A stretch of DNA of 36,250 nucleotides from NCBI GenBank assembly GCA_000934665.2, contig KZ538769.1, positions 124,001 through 160,250 on the forward strand, in the 5' to 3' direction. A program made the position numbers and the translations under genes. Position 1 is the stretch's first letter, and each line of letters starts with the position of its first letter. The notes beneath the pieces were generated by a model, which was not told where the DNA came from, ran no database searches, and saw only the letters and a list, made by a program, of their open reading frames with translations. Below are positions 35,707 to 36,250 of the stretch, piece after piece. The DNA comes from Catajapyx aquilonaris. Taxonomy: Eukaryota.

Positions 35707-36156
35707 CTGTGAAAGGAATATTTGCACAATGTCTTCATTTGCATCATGGTGCAAGATTACTTATGCAGTTGTGTACAACAGAGACGCTGAAAAAGTGCCT
35801 ACGGTTAACAACATGTCGTTAGTATCTTTCTATAGGTGTAATATATGGAGGTGTTTATATAAGTGGAAGTGGCACAGGTTAATATTCAGGTAGTGATCAA
35901 TAATTAATTTCTGGCAGCATGTATGTTATATGATATACTGTATACATTCCAATATCAGGTTATGGCTCTATTGTTTCTGGATTGCGCTTTTTTGAGGCTT
36001 ACAATGATTTTAAACACACAAGATTGTAGAATGTGATGTTGCTCACGTATTTTGCATTAACCCCTTCGGCCCCAGATCAGCCCGAACCACACAGTTTTTG
36101 GCTTACGCGTACTCCGAAGATACGGACAATATATTTTGCAAATAATAACAGCTATA

Positions 36157-36250
36157 CGAGGGTCGTCCAATAAGTTCTGAGCCTAAGGTAGATGGCGTGG
36201 GCTGATAATGATGTCCTTCCACCTGAAGGTAGTGACACTCATTAGAGCAA
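36157..36250. mobile_element. Probable mariner-family element terminus (truncated by window end)
   Basis: TA|CGAGGGTCGTCCAATAAGTTCTGAGCCT resembles mariner TIR starts; the other end is not visible. Confidence 0.5.

Overview
Eukaryotic (intron-containing) genomic DNA, most likely from an arthropod, with one assembly gap (3409-3725). All genes are on the minus strand. (1) About 1-28.9 kb is the 5' half of an FTZ-F1/NR5A nuclear receptor locus. The exon at 8055-8604 encodes a beta-FTZ-F1-like N-terminus plus both C4 zinc fingers. A short distal exon at 27136(27121)-27268 (MHEEAS...AASTTTQP, absent from the ORF track) can splice in frame over ~18.7 kb into an internal acceptor inside that exon, predicting two N-terminal isoforms. 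The FTZ-F1 box and ligand-binding domain were not found and probably lie left of the window. The non-coding DNA is CpG-rich and enriched in ROR/HR3-type monomer sites, with several NR5A sites and many CACGTG E-boxes. (2) 30351-33264 is a complete 7-exon medium-chain acyl-CoA dehydrogenase (ACADM/MCAD-like, 424 aa) with atypical substrate-pocket residues. The last exon of a second tandem ACADM paralogue is at 35554-35706. This block is CpG-depleted and holds a tRNA-derived SINE fragment, a TTAA-flanked MITE nested in a Tigger/pogo-like MITE, and a mariner-like end at the window edge. I found no wholly new gene system; the best leads are the isoform architecture, the nuclear-receptor site landscape and the divergent MCAD duplicate. 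All motif counts are by eye.
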